NCBI GenBank assembly: GCA_041859095.1
Contig: JBHEKY010000006.1
Coordinates: forward strand, 7,838-71,837
Source: Anaerovoracaceae bacterium
Lineage (GTDB): Bacteria > Bacillota > Clostridia > Peptostreptococcales > Anaerovoracaceae
Direction of reading: 5' to 3'
DNA: 64,000 nt
Shown: positions 18,358 to 26,694 of the stretch, in pieces
Layout: every line of letters starts with the position of its first letter
Position numbering within the stretch: the stretch's first letter is position 1
Translations under genes and position numbers: made by a program
Notes under the pieces: generated by a model
What the model saw: only the letters and a program-made list of their open reading frames with translations
The model's database searches: none
Told to the model about the DNA's origin: nothing

Positions 18358-18630
18358 TTATAAATCCCTCCTTCTATTCATTCCTCAATTATTGAGTCCT
18401 CTTTTTATAAGCATAGACCCAGGTAATGTCCGCAACAATTCCTCCCATGAACAGGCAAACAACTAATATGATTGATGCTGCGGTTCTTATTATTGTATTT
18501 TTTTCATAAGTCTCTCCCTTTCAATGTGTTTATGTATACATAGTGGTATTAATGTGCATTTTGCTTTTTTGGTTCATTTCGCCAATTTATCATTTTAGTT
18601 CATTCATGTCAAGGCTTCCTCTTTTTTTAA

Positions 18631-18660
18631 ACAACAAAAATGCCCCTGCATTGGCAGGAG
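18631..18660 (-). terminator. Rho-independent terminator candidate ending the pyl-csaA transcription unit
   Basis: On the minus strand, CTCCTGC-caat-GCAGGGG (7-bp stem with one G-U pair) is followed by CATTTTTGTTGTTT. Confidence 0.4.
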
Positions 18661-18689
18661 CTTTGTATGGCACATTGTGTATTTAGTTA

Positions 18690-19034
18690 TCAGCCTAGTT
18701 TGTCGCCTTTCTTCACCGGTTGCTGGGGCTGGATCAAGACGACCCCTTGTGATGCATAGACGCCAAGGATTAAAACCTCCGACATGAAGTCTTTAATTTG
18801 CTTTGGCGGGAAATTAACCACACAAAGCACTTGCTTGCCTACCAAGTCACCTGCTTCATAGCATTGGGTGATTTGCGCGCTGGATTTTTTGACACCGATT
18901 TCGTCGCCGAAATCAACCCACACTTTGTACGCCGGCATTCTTACCTTATCAAAAGATTCTGCCGCCACGATTTCTCCAACCCGTATATCTAGCTTAGCAA
19001 AATCTTCAAATGTAATCGTATTTTTTGTTTCCAC
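18690..19034 (-). CDS. csaA: CsaA/Trbp111-type OB-fold tRNA-binding protein
   Basis: 114 aa. FAKLDIRVGEIV...VWVDFG.EIG.K.SSAQIT...L.GKQV.CVVNFPP.QI..F.SEVL.LG matches the CsaA/tRNA-binding-domain pattern. GTG start at 19034 with AGGAG 9 nt upstream. Confidence 0.8.
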   Translation of the reverse strand: METKNTITFEDFAKLDIRVGEIVAAESFDKVRMPAYKVWVDFGDEIGVKKSSAQITQCYEAGDLVGKQVLCVVNFPPKQIKDFMSEVLILGVYASQGVVLIQPQQPVKKGDKLG

Positions 19035-19046
19035 TTTGCGATACTC

Positions 19047-19382
19047 CTATTCGTCTTTTTTTCTTTTTTGCAAATCACTGCCGTAGTGTTCCGAGAAGAA
19101 AGTAGCCGAGTATTTTTCCATCTTCCACTCAGGCACTTTGCAGTCGGGACAAGGGGTGAAAACCCACTTGTTCCGAAGCCACCGTGCGGCTCTGGATTTT
19201 CTGGAATTATAGATACGAAAAGACTTGCCGCAATGGGTGGTGACGATGGCAACATTGCCCCGCACATCCATGTCGCGAATGCCGTGGAGCATGCCGCTTT
19301 TGGAGGGCCATAGCTTCATTTTATCCAGGAGCAGGAATAGCTCCGTTCTTTTTCGGTAATACCTTTTTTTGTCGTCACTCAT
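19047..19382 (-). CDS. pylSn: Pyrrolysyl-tRNA synthetase N-terminal tRNA-binding domain protein (split bacterial form)
   Basis: 111 aa. LWPSKSGMLHGIRDMDV...THCGKSFRIYNSRKSRAARWLRNKWVFTPCPDCKV aligns with the archaeal PylS N-domain as I recall it (LWMSRTGTIHKIKHHEV...[34 protein letters not shown]). The stop is TAG. Confidence 0.85.
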   Translation of the reverse strand: MSDDKKRYYRKRTELFLLLDKMKLWPSKSGMLHGIRDMDVRGNVAIVTTHCGKSFRIYNSRKSRAARWLRNKWVFTPCPDCKVPEWKMEKYSATFFSEHYGSDLQKRKKDE

Positions 19383-19437
19383 TTTATTTCGCTTTCCAAG
19401 GTGGGATTTTTCGGACCTATAAAATCACCATGTTTCT

Positions 19438-20226
19438 TTACAGTGCCATGGCCAGCATGGTTGCGGTGCCGATGTCCAGCATGTCGTGCACCAATTGGTT
19501 TTTGAACTGTTCGGCTGCCTCTGCATCAAGCCCCAAAGGGATGCCGGGAGCTGCAATCAGTGCATCGGGTGCAAGCATTTCCTTGTGAATCCACGCTGAC
19601 TCAGGGGTGGCTTCAATAATGTATGGAAAATGGATGATGTCCTGGGGGCGGTTGGGTTTTCCTTGGAATGGATCTTTGTCAAAGACCGTCACCCGGGCAC
19701 CCTTTGCCAGCAGAATCTCTTCTGCATGCCTGCCCACCGGTCCATAGCCTAAAACCAACACAGGTGCGTCTTTTATATCGGCGTTTTTTTTGTTGATCAT
19801 GGCTTCCAATGCGGCAACATAGCCAGCGGCGGTGGCCAGATTGTTCTCCCCGATTTTTGGCGCTTTGGTATTCATCGCAAGGAAGCGGTCATCATCAGCA
19901 ATGAAAATCAAATCAGCACCGGTGGTATAGGCTTCATAAATGCCATTGACGTCGGATTTTTCCATAACAATGCAGTTGAATCCGGTACTCCGCACAATTG
20001 CTGCCACGGACTGTGCAAACTGCCCAATCACGCCCAGTCCGGCGGTGACAGGCACTGCCGCCACCAAAGCATCCCCGCTAAGCCGCCGCAACTCCAAAGG
20101 CGACCGGCCGGCGGCTTTGGCAGCCAGCTCCAGCAAGGACAGTCCTGTTTTTTCCTTGAGTTCCAGGTCCCGTCTTTTGCAACCTTCTTCCATATCCAAA
20201 ATCCATTCAGTAATTAATCTTGTCAA
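19438..20226 (-). CDS. pylD: Pyrrolysine biosynthesis dehydrogenase PylD
   Basis: Rossmann motif LVLGYGPVGRH. The C-terminal ...IAAPGIPLG...IGTATMLAMAL resembles the PylD ending ...STPGIP...LGIGTASML. The start is reassigned to TTG 20226 (GGAAGG 6 nt upstream), giving about 263 aa. The 332-aa track ORF would overlap pylSc. Confidence 0.85.
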   Translation of the reverse strand: MTRLITEWILDMEEGCKRRDLELKEKTGLSLLELAAKAAGRSPLELRRLSGDALVAAVPVTAGLGVIGQFAQSVAAIVRSTGFNCIVMEKSDVNGIYEAYTTGADLIFIADDDRFLAMNTKAPKIGENNLATAAGYVAALEAMINKKNADIKDAPVLVLGYGPVGRHAEEILLAKGARVTVFDKDPFQGKPNRPQDIIHFPYIIEATPESAWIHKEMLAPDALIAAPGIPLGLDAEAAEQFKNQLVHDMLDIGTATMLAMAL

Positions 20227-20318
20227 GGCGATTCCTTCCGTTGGCTTAGTTTTTACCTTCACATACGCGAGGCTGTTAACATAGGTTTTGTCTTTGCATT
20301 CGCAAGGCAATCCAATTC

Positions 20319-21158
20319 TTATAGTTTTAGCGGGACGCCATCCAAGTAAGCAATACTTTTGCCGGCACGCTTGATGGTCTGGTATTCTCCTTTGAGCATG
20401 GCAATTCGTTCCAGCCCCAAGCCGATGCCCACCCAAGGATCAAAGATGCCCCACGCAGGGTCTAAGAGGTGGGGTCCATAAGCGCCGGATGCCAGCTCCA
20501 TACCGTCTACCACAATGTCCAGGGTTTCCCCATAGACTTCGGATTTTTCTACTTCAATTTCGTAATGATTAATGCCCACTGCTTCCATGGCTCCATGAGC
20601 CAAGACTTCCAGACGAGACATCTGCTCCCCCTCTTTGACGCCTGCCAGTTCCACCAGATTCAGCATGGTGAATTCATTCATGTGTTTGGCCCCCTGGGAT
20701 TCTTTGCGGAAGCAAGATCCGATTTCAAAAATACGAACCGGTTGATTGGTAATGGCGTACAAATTACGCATCACTTCATATAGATTTGGTGCAAGCATAG
20801 GACGCATACAGTGCTTTGAATCGACCCAAAAAACCTGGTCAGTCAGGGGATGGCCCGCTGTAATGGTCATCTTGGCCAACATCTCAGCTGTAATCAGAAC
20901 AGGGGTAGAAACCCGGGTAAAGTCGATTCCGATAAGCCATGCGGTCATAGCTTCTTCAATTTGGATAGTCAGTGGCTTATGGGTTTCATGAAGAAGCTTG
21001 GCAAGCTTTGCTTTATTTTCTTTGACCAATACCAATTCCAAGCTTTTGAATACCCGATTTCGCTCTTCCGCGGAATCAAATGTTCGGGATGTATCTTTGG
21101 GATTCCCGTTGAGTTCGGTCAACCGTTGACTTTGAGTCACGGTAAATTTCTCTTCCAT
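20319..21158 (-). CDS. pylSc: Pyrrolysyl-tRNA synthetase catalytic domain (class II aaRS core)
   Basis: 279 aa. CMRPMLAPNLY, IFEIGSCFRKESQGAKHMNEFTMLN, VYGETLDIV..GMELASGA.GPH and PWVGIGLGLERI match the PylS catalytic motifs as I recall them. Confidence 0.92.
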   Translation of the reverse strand: MEEKFTVTQSQRLTELNGNPKDTSRTFDSAEERNRVFKSLELVLVKENKAKLAKLLHETHKPLTIQIEEAMTAWLIGIDFTRVSTPVLITAEMLAKMTITAGHPLTDQVFWVDSKHCMRPMLAPNLYEVMRNLYAITNQPVRIFEIGSCFRKESQGAKHMNEFTMLNLVELAGVKEGEQMSRLEVLAHGAMEAVGINHYEIEVEKSEVYGETLDIVVDGMELASGAYGPHLLDPAWGIFDPWVGIGLGLERIAMLKGEYQTIKRAGKSIAYLDGVPLKL

Positions 21159-21190
21159 ATGATTCTCCTTTGACTACTAGGCTCTTGGGT

Positions 21191-22339
21191 CTAGCGCTTC
21201 GCGAAATTCCCTAGCATTTTCACTCGCTTGCTCTTCAATTCCAATTTCGTCGAGGCCGCATTGATGAACGTGCCTCGCCATGGATCTTGCCCCGGTTGGT
21301 AATCCGTGATTACCTCATCCGCACCGCAGAATCCAGGCTTATGGGTAAGAGGGTTTCCCATGGTCATAATCCGCTCGCCCAAATGATGGGGAATGTTACG
21401 GTTAAACAGGTAATGCTCGTAGGCAACGTATTTGCCCTGCCGCTCCTGATTCTTCAAAAAATAGCCGGTGGAGAACAAGTCCCGAAGCTCCTCCAGCAGA
21501 TTCATCCCCGAGCTATGAAGTACAGCAGTCGGGGTTTGGCTGGGAATTCTCGCGTCAATTTCAAGCATTTTAAAGACACCGTTATGTTCGATCACCTCCA
21601 AATCCATAATCCCATGCAGATTGATTTCTTCGGCTATGCAAAATGCCATTTTGCGCAAAGTCTCTTCCTGGATGGACGTCAGGCCACAAGGGGCTGTCAC
21701 CATTTTACAGTCATAACGCTGATCCATGTGGATTTGGGTCACCAGATAGGTTCGGTACATCCCTGGCTTTCCAATGATTTCAATCGAGTAAGAAGGTCCT
21801 TCCATGAATTCTTGGATAACCAGATCGCATTCTTTTTCTAGGGCTATATGAAGTTCGTCAGGTGTATCCAGACGTTGTACACCATGACTTCCACTGTCGC
21901 AATCCGGCTTACAGATATATGGGTACGTCCCTCCAGGGAAGTATTCGGGCACGGGGATTCCGCATTTTCGAAAAAGCAAATCCGATTTTTTCTTCGAGGA
22001 TGACAGTTGGTATGCCTGCCAGTCGAAAGCCAGGGTATATCCCTTTTCCTTGGCATCCTTGTCCAACCATCTCAATACTGCATCATTTTCTAAGGCCGGC
22101 AAAACGATGTCCGCCTCTTTCATGTCCACCATAAGTTGACTACTCCGCTGGAACAGGTCCTCGCATACAAACCTGCTGCAAAGATGTCGCGCCGGGGCAT
22201 CCGGATTTTTGTCCACCAGAATGGTTTCAATGCCTGCTTTCATCCCAAGATAACAGGCTTCAATTCCCTGAAGCTTCCCTCCGATGATGACAATCTTGTT
22301 ATTCAACGCACTCATGAACGTTTGTATCCCCCTATTCAT
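21191..22339 (-). CDS. pylC: 3-methylornithine--L-lysine ligase PylC (ATP-grasp)
   Basis: 382 aa of ATP-grasp architecture (KIVIIGGKLQG N-terminal Rossmann-like segment; KP..GSGS.GV; EEF..G). It sits between pylB and pylSc. The stop is TAG. Confidence 0.85.
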   Translation of the reverse strand: MNRGIQTFMSALNNKIVIIGGKLQGIEACYLGMKAGIETILVDKNPDAPARHLCSRFVCEDLFQRSSQLMVDMKEADIVLPALENDAVLRWLDKDAKEKGYTLAFDWQAYQLSSSKKKSDLLFRKCGIPVPEYFPGGTYPYICKPDCDSGSHGVQRLDTPDELHIALEKECDLVIQEFMEGPSYSIEIIGKPGMYRTYLVTQIHMDQRYDCKMVTAPCGLTSIQEETLRKMAFCIAEEINLHGIMDLEVIEHNGVFKMLEIDARIPSQTPTAVLHSSGMNLLEELRDLFSTGYFLKNQERQGKYVAYEHYLFNRNIPHHLGERIMTMGNPLTHKPGFCGADEVITDYQPGQDPWRGTFINAASTKLELKSKRVKMLGNFAKR

Positions 22340-22359
22340 TATTTTAAGACGACGATTTT

Positions 22360-23364
22360 TTATTTCATACCCTTCAAAAGGGATAGATATGCTTTGTATG
22401 ATTCCGGTGATCCGACGTTCATGCCTAAGTCTGAAATAATTCGGCTGGCTTCCAATACAGTTCTCCCGCCTTCCTCCACATCCATGGAAGACTGGGCCAC
22501 ACCCATGAGCCCTGAGGCTGGAGGAATGATTGATGTCACCACATTTGCGCCTGCGTTAAGCCTGTCCCGGAGCCCAGCGATGCCATCCACATCCAGAGAG
22601 GCGGGGATCAGCGCGTAGGGATACAGAATCCGAAGCAAGGCAATGACTTTCAATTCTAACAATCTATCCGTGGCAAAAGATTCCTGCATTGGGATTCCTT
22701 CCTGGGGAACGAAACTCATGATTCGCATCTGCATTGCTCCGATTTCGCCCATTGCAAAAAGTGAATCGGCGATGTCGGCAGCGGTTTCTCCTACGCCCGC
22801 CAGCAGACCCTCTTCAACCAACATACCCTTGCTTTTGGCATATCGTTTGGCATGTATCCGCTCATCATAGCTTTGATCCAAGCGCAAACGGCCGAACAAA
22901 GCACGGTTATGGGTTTCCTGATATAGCGCATACCAATCGGCACCCGCCTCTGCAAATCCATCAATCCATTCATCCGGAATGTACCCTGGTGATATCATCA
23001 CTGGCAAACCAGTTTCCGATTTGATGACTTTGGTCAGCTCCATGACGCTTTGGAATCCTTCTTTATGAAATTCCGGGTCTTCTCCCATGGTAAGATCTAT
23101 GAGGTGCACGCCGGATTTGGCCAGGTCCATGGCCAGGGTTTTCGTCTCCTCAAACGTCTTGCGGTATCGGTCTATGGGATTGGATCGCCGGTAGTAACAA
23201 AAGGCGCAATTGTTTCTGCACCAGGTTGTAAAATATACAAAACCGTATAGAAAGACCTGGTCCCCTGTTGTGGTTTTTCTTGCTTCCCTGGCACGGGAAA
23301 AAAGATCCGCCAGTTCCTTGGGGTCATCCGAGTTTAAGATTTTGATGATTTGGTCTTTGTCCAT
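22360..23364 (-). CDS. pylB: Methylornithine synthase PylB (radical SAM lysine mutase)
   Basis: Radical-SAM CxxxCxxC motif (CRNNCAFCYY) and BioB-like TIM-barrel length. The start is ATG 23364 with AAGGGA 6 nt upstream; the track start at 23379 is a TTG. Confidence 0.9.
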   Translation of the reverse strand: MDKDQIIKILNSDDPKELADLFSRAREARKTTTGDQVFLYGFVYFTTWCRNNCAFCYYRRSNPIDRYRKTFEETKTLAMDLAKSGVHLIDLTMGEDPEFHKEGFQSVMELTKVIKSETGLPVMISPGYIPDEWIDGFAEAGADWYALYQETHNRALFGRLRLDQSYDERIHAKRYAKSKGMLVEEGLLAGVGETAADIADSLFAMGEIGAMQMRIMSFVPQEGIPMQESFATDRLLELKVIALLRILYPYALIPASLDVDGIAGLRDRLNAGANVVTSIIPPASGLMGVAQSSMDVEEGGRTVLEASRIISDLGMNVGSPESYKAYLSLLKGMK

Positions 23365-23414
23365 GATGGGTCCCTTCAATCGTTGGCATAAATGCCTCTA
23401 TTTTCGATAAAAAT

Positions 23415-23486
23415 TGGCGAGGAGCCCGAGAGTTTCACTCGGCTGCATAGATTTAGAGTCTATGTGATCCATCCGATCCGCTCCCC
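23415..23486 (-). tRNA. pylT: tRNA-Pyl, anticodon CUA (amber suppressor), CCA encoded
   Basis: The minus strand reads GGGGAGC-G-GATC-GGATG-GATC-A-CATAGA-CTCTAAA-TCTATG-CAG-CCGAG-TGAAACT-CTCGG-GCTCCTC-G-CCA. It folds with a 7-bp acceptor stem, one nt between the acceptor and D stems, a 4-bp D stem with a 5-nt D loop, a 6-bp anticodon stem, a CUA anticodon, a 3-nt variable loop and a T loop lacking TTC. These are the hallmark tRNA-Pyl features. Confidence 0.93.
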
Positions 23487-23490
23487 ACAG

Positions 23491-24897
23491 TTAAAAGGCC
23501 AGCGCTTTCATGTATTCATCCTGGAAGTCGCTGCAGGATGCCAGTTCAATGTGCTCCACCCTGGTTGGCACCGATTTCGCCAGCTCCATTTCAGCCTCGT
23601 TCATCAATGCCATGGAAACCCCAGCTCCCGCGGTGTTCCCTGCGGAAATGATTTTATCCAAGGGCAAAGAAGGAATCAGTCCAATGGCCACTGCGCTTTC
23701 TTTATGGATAAAGTTGCCAAATGCCCCGGCGATGATGATTTTATGGATGTCTTCCGGTTTTTTGTCCATCCGTTTCAGCATAATGGAAATACCGGCAGCC
23801 ACTGCACCTTTTGCTAGCTGGACCTCCCGGATATCTTTTTGAGTGACGACGATGTCTTCACCGTCTTCTTTGTAGACCAAAACAAATTCCCGTCCCTCTT
23901 CGCTGTTGATGAGCCGGTCCGCAAGGGGGCTGCCCGGGTGCGTTTTCTCTAAGTCTTCTTTTGACGCCAGCCGTCCTTTGATGTTAATTAAGCCAGCGCC
24001 AATCATCTCCGCCATGACGTCAATAATTCCGGAGCCACAAATGCCAACCGGTTCAGCGTCATCAACGGTTTTGATAAACACTTCATCGTCTTTGATCTGA
24101 ATCTTTTCGATGGCTCCCGGTGCGGCACGCATGCCGTTTCGGATGGTGGCACCTTCAAAAGCAGGGCCTGCTGCGGTGGAGCATGTCAAGGCAACGCCGC
24201 CACCAGACAACACGATTTCACCATTTGTACCGATGTCCAAAAACAAAGTTAATTTCTCTTCATCAAGAATTCTGGTTGCCACAATGCCGGCAACAATATC
24301 GCCTCCTACATGACCTGCAATATTAGGCAGTAGCGTGATTTGTGCATCTTTGGAAACCAAAAGACCTAATTCGGTTTGGCTTAACTGCAGGGTGCCGGTA
24401 TACATGGGGGAAAAGGGCGCTCTGGCCAGGCTAGCCGGTGGATATCCCGCAAAAATATGGGACATGGTGGTGTTTCCACCGACAGTCACTTGTAGAATTT
24501 CGTCTTTGTCTACGTTATGTTTCGTAATCAGTTCCAAGGTCAGGCCGTTTAGTCCTTCTAAAATTTTTGCTCTGACGTTTGCCAACCGCTGAGGGTCGTC
24601 GTCACAGTAGGTGATTCTGGAAATCACGTCAGCACCAAATTCATTTTGAGGATTGGTGCATGCGGCGGGACCCAATTCCTTTCCTGTTGATAAATCCCAA
24701 AGCATAGCGACCACGGTGGTGGTCCCAATATCAAAAGCTACCCCATATCCGAGTCTGTCGGTTTGGGCCGCGAAGTCGGCTGGGAAAGTGACTAGTTTTG
24801 TTTTGCGTCCGTGGGCGTCCTTCAGAAGATTTGCGCCTTTGCACTTTCCGCACTCGCTGCAAATTCCGGAACACTTTACTGTAGATTTCAAGCTCAT
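23491..24897 (-). CDS. RamA/RACo-like ATP-dependent corrinoid reductive activase (ASKHA fold, DUF4445-type) with an N-terminal Cys cluster
   Basis: 468 aa. N-terminal CSGICSECGKC, then ASKHA-type phosphate motifs (AFDIGTTTVV, FLDIGTNGEIV, AGAFGN). The stop lies only 4 nt before pylT. Confidence 0.75.
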   Translation of the reverse strand: MSLKSTVKCSGICSECGKCKGANLLKDAHGRKTKLVTFPADFAAQTDRLGYGVAFDIGTTTVVAMLWDLSTGKELGPAACTNPQNEFGADVISRITYCDDDPQRLANVRAKILEGLNGLTLELITKHNVDKDEILQVTVGGNTTMSHIFAGYPPASLARAPFSPMYTGTLQLSQTELGLLVSKDAQITLLPNIAGHVGGDIVAGIVATRILDEEKLTLFLDIGTNGEIVLSGGGVALTCSTAAGPAFEGATIRNGMRAAPGAIEKIQIKDDEVFIKTVDDAEPVGICGSGIIDVMAEMIGAGLINIKGRLASKEDLEKTHPGSPLADRLINSEEGREFVLVYKEDGEDIVVTQKDIREVQLAKGAVAAGISIMLKRMDKKPEDIHKIIIAGAFGNFIHKESAVAIGLIPSLPLDKIISAGNTAGAGVSMALMNEAEMELAKSVPTRVEHIELASCSDFQDEYMKALAF

Positions 24898-24933
24898 TTT
24901 TCTCTCTTTTCGTGTTTATATCAGTTTCGTCTT

Positions 24934-25626
24934 CTATTTTTTGTCAGTGTTTTGTTTATTTTTGATGTTGCAAAATGCACAACCGGATTTGTTTCCCCGG
25001 CAATCGGCGCATTCGGCGTTAAGGCGGACATATGAATCATTCACCCGAAATGTCATCCCCCCACAGGATTTCAGTGGCAGCAAAATTCCGGTGGGTCTGG
25101 TTTCTACGCCAATGGCGGCGCCGTCCAAGAGGGTCGACAACTCTTTCATCTGAAGGGATTCCATCCCATAGAATCCAGGGCCAAATCCATCGCTTAGCGC
25201 GCCCTCTCCTTCAATCATTTCTTCCAGACGCATCCTACCGGCCTCGGTAAAGGCCGTGCCCCAAATGTCCGCAAATAATTGATTCATAATTGGTTCTCCA
25301 TCCAAATGGTACTCGCCCGCAGTAAGCAAATGCACGTACACGCCTTGAATGGCATCCGGATCTAATTGCTCAAAGGCATTGCAATGAAAGACCACCCCAT
25401 CGATGGTGGCAGTAGATCCTGACAAAGTAGGCATATCATAATAGGAGTAGATTGCTTTGATATTGACTCGGCTCCGTATTCTCTCCCTGATTTCAAAGGC
25501 TTCTTTTCGCATTCTCTCATATTTCGGTCCCGGTCGGTCAATTCCGCTGGTCTCCATGAAGTATGCATCAGCCAGTGCGTCACAGTCTTCTGTTGGGATT
25601 GCGATGATTTGGTTTTTTATATCCAT
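24934..25626 (-). CDS. Stand-alone homologue of the methionine synthase (MetH) B12 reactivation domain, with a C-terminal 4-Cys tail
   Basis: SDGFGPGFYGMESLQMKELSTLLDGAAIGVETRPTGILLPLKSCGGM resembles the activation-domain core (SPGYG..W....Q..L..LL....IGV.LTES..M.P.KS.SG). The tail is ECADCRGNKSGCAFC. The stop is TAG, then TAA six codons later. Confidence 0.6.
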   Translation of the reverse strand: MDIKNQIIAIPTEDCDALADAYFMETSGIDRPGPKYERMRKEAFEIRERIRSRVNIKAIYSYYDMPTLSGSTATIDGVVFHCNAFEQLDPDAIQGVYVHLLTAGEYHLDGEPIMNQLFADIWGTAFTEAGRMRLEEMIEGEGALSDGFGPGFYGMESLQMKELSTLLDGAAIGVETRPTGILLPLKSCGGMTFRVNDSYVRLNAECADCRGNKSGCAFCNIKNKQNTDKK

Positions 25627-26540
25627 AAGTACCCTTTCAGGCGATTACCAATTGCCGTGATTATCAGGCTCATCATTTTGAAGCCCACAGCAGAAATCAC
25701 CACGATGTCGGTTTTGCTGATGGGCTGTTCCCAGGAGAGTAGTTCCACCTGGGTTCCGACGCAGCTAATTTCTATATTTCCTCGATCTGTCATAGCAAAA
25801 CCTTTGATCCGATATGCCTGCGGGGATATCTCCCGGACAAACCTCTCCAGCTCATCATGTGGGATGATTTGATCTCCCTTGACGATAAAGGTGGCAGGCC
25901 TTGAGACCACCGTATTGGTGGAATCCCTTGAATCTGATAGCTTCGCCAGGGCAGGATCCAGATTCTTCATTAATTCAGTGATGTCAATCCTGCAATAAGA
26001 TGTAACATATGGGGTAATTTTCGAATTGACTTCTTCTAGTTTTTCGATAATCTCTTTTAACTGGGTTTCGTCTATCAAGTCTGCCTTGTTGATGATCACC
26101 GCGCCACAGAACTCAAGCTGGGCTCGGATGGCAGGTAGTAAGTCGTACAATCCCATGAAGTTTTCAGCGTCCACCACACAGACAGAGCCTCTATAGTCGT
26201 AAGGCTGTTTCACCTTGTGGGCAATTCCGTCCAGAATGCTGTTCATGTTGGCGGGATCAGCCAGACCTGTAGCCTCAATGATGACAAATTCTAGTTCACG
26301 ATGAGACATGTCTATAAGGCTATCCACAAATTTGTCTTTGATGCAGGCACAAAAGATGGAACCGTTGGTCAGCTCCGCTATTTGGATTCCATCCCGTGCG
26401 ACCAACAGTCCATCCACATTCACGTCTCCAAATTCATTGATGATTACACCAATTTTATGAGCCTTCAGGGATTCCATGACCAGTTGCAGCAACGTGGTCT
26501 TGCCTGCGCCGAGAAAACCTGTCAATAAAATCAGTTGCAT
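25617..26540 (-). CDS. CobW/COG0523-family metallochaperone GTPase
   Basis: MQLILLTGFLGAGKTTLL P-loop, a cysteine-containing metal-site-like region (GSIFCAC), an NKADL motif (IINKADL) and a C-terminal CobW_C-like domain. The start is ATG 26540; the track start is 26561. Confidence 0.8.
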   Translation of the reverse strand: MQLILLTGFLGAGKTTLLQLVMESLKAHKIGVIINEFGDVNVDGLLVARDGIQIAELTNGSIFCACIKDKFVDSLIDMSHRELEFVIIEATGLADPANMNSILDGIAHKVKQPYDYRGSVCVVDAENFMGLYDLLPAIRAQLEFCGAVIINKADLIDETQLKEIIEKLEEVNSKITPYVTSYCRIDITELMKNLDPALAKLSDSRDSTNTVVSRPATFIVKGDQIIPHDELERFVREISPQAYRIKGFAMTDRGNIEISCVGTQVELLSWEQPISKTDIVVISAVGFKMMSLIITAIGNRLKGYLWI

Positions 26541-26694
26541 AAGGCACCTCTCTTCTTCCATCCATTATATATGATTCCGTGAAAAATTACATCCGGAATC
26601 TCCGCTGTCTTTAAACAGGGAAATCCCGGATATTAAATGCTATTCATCCGGACGTCAACCGGTGTAAACCAACTTGATTCTTAGGTTTGCCCTG

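Noticed and set aside
16997-18690. The AT-rich islet was considered for annotation as a mobile element or prophage remnant.
   Set aside because: No integrase, transposase, terminal inverted repeats or flanking direct repeats can be seen. Only compositional bias and TA-like content support mobility, so it is reported as a finding rather than a mobile_element feature.
19438-20436. The 332-aa version of pylD in the ORF track. The hisA (55179-56048), hisF (54395-55252), MerR (62157-63083), kinase (49501-50925) and ABC (33581, 34254) track ORFs are similarly N-extended.
   Set aside because: The extensions overlap the upstream genes, lack SDs and add sequence not seen in the families. Internal SD-supported starts give canonical lengths.
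24895-24936. The MetH-activation-like ORF (TAG stop) and the RamA-like ORF are in the same frame, which suggested one UAG-interrupted gene.
   Set aside because: Reading the gap gives TAG AAG ACG AAA CTG ATA TAA. The TAA blocks any fusion, so these are two separate genes.
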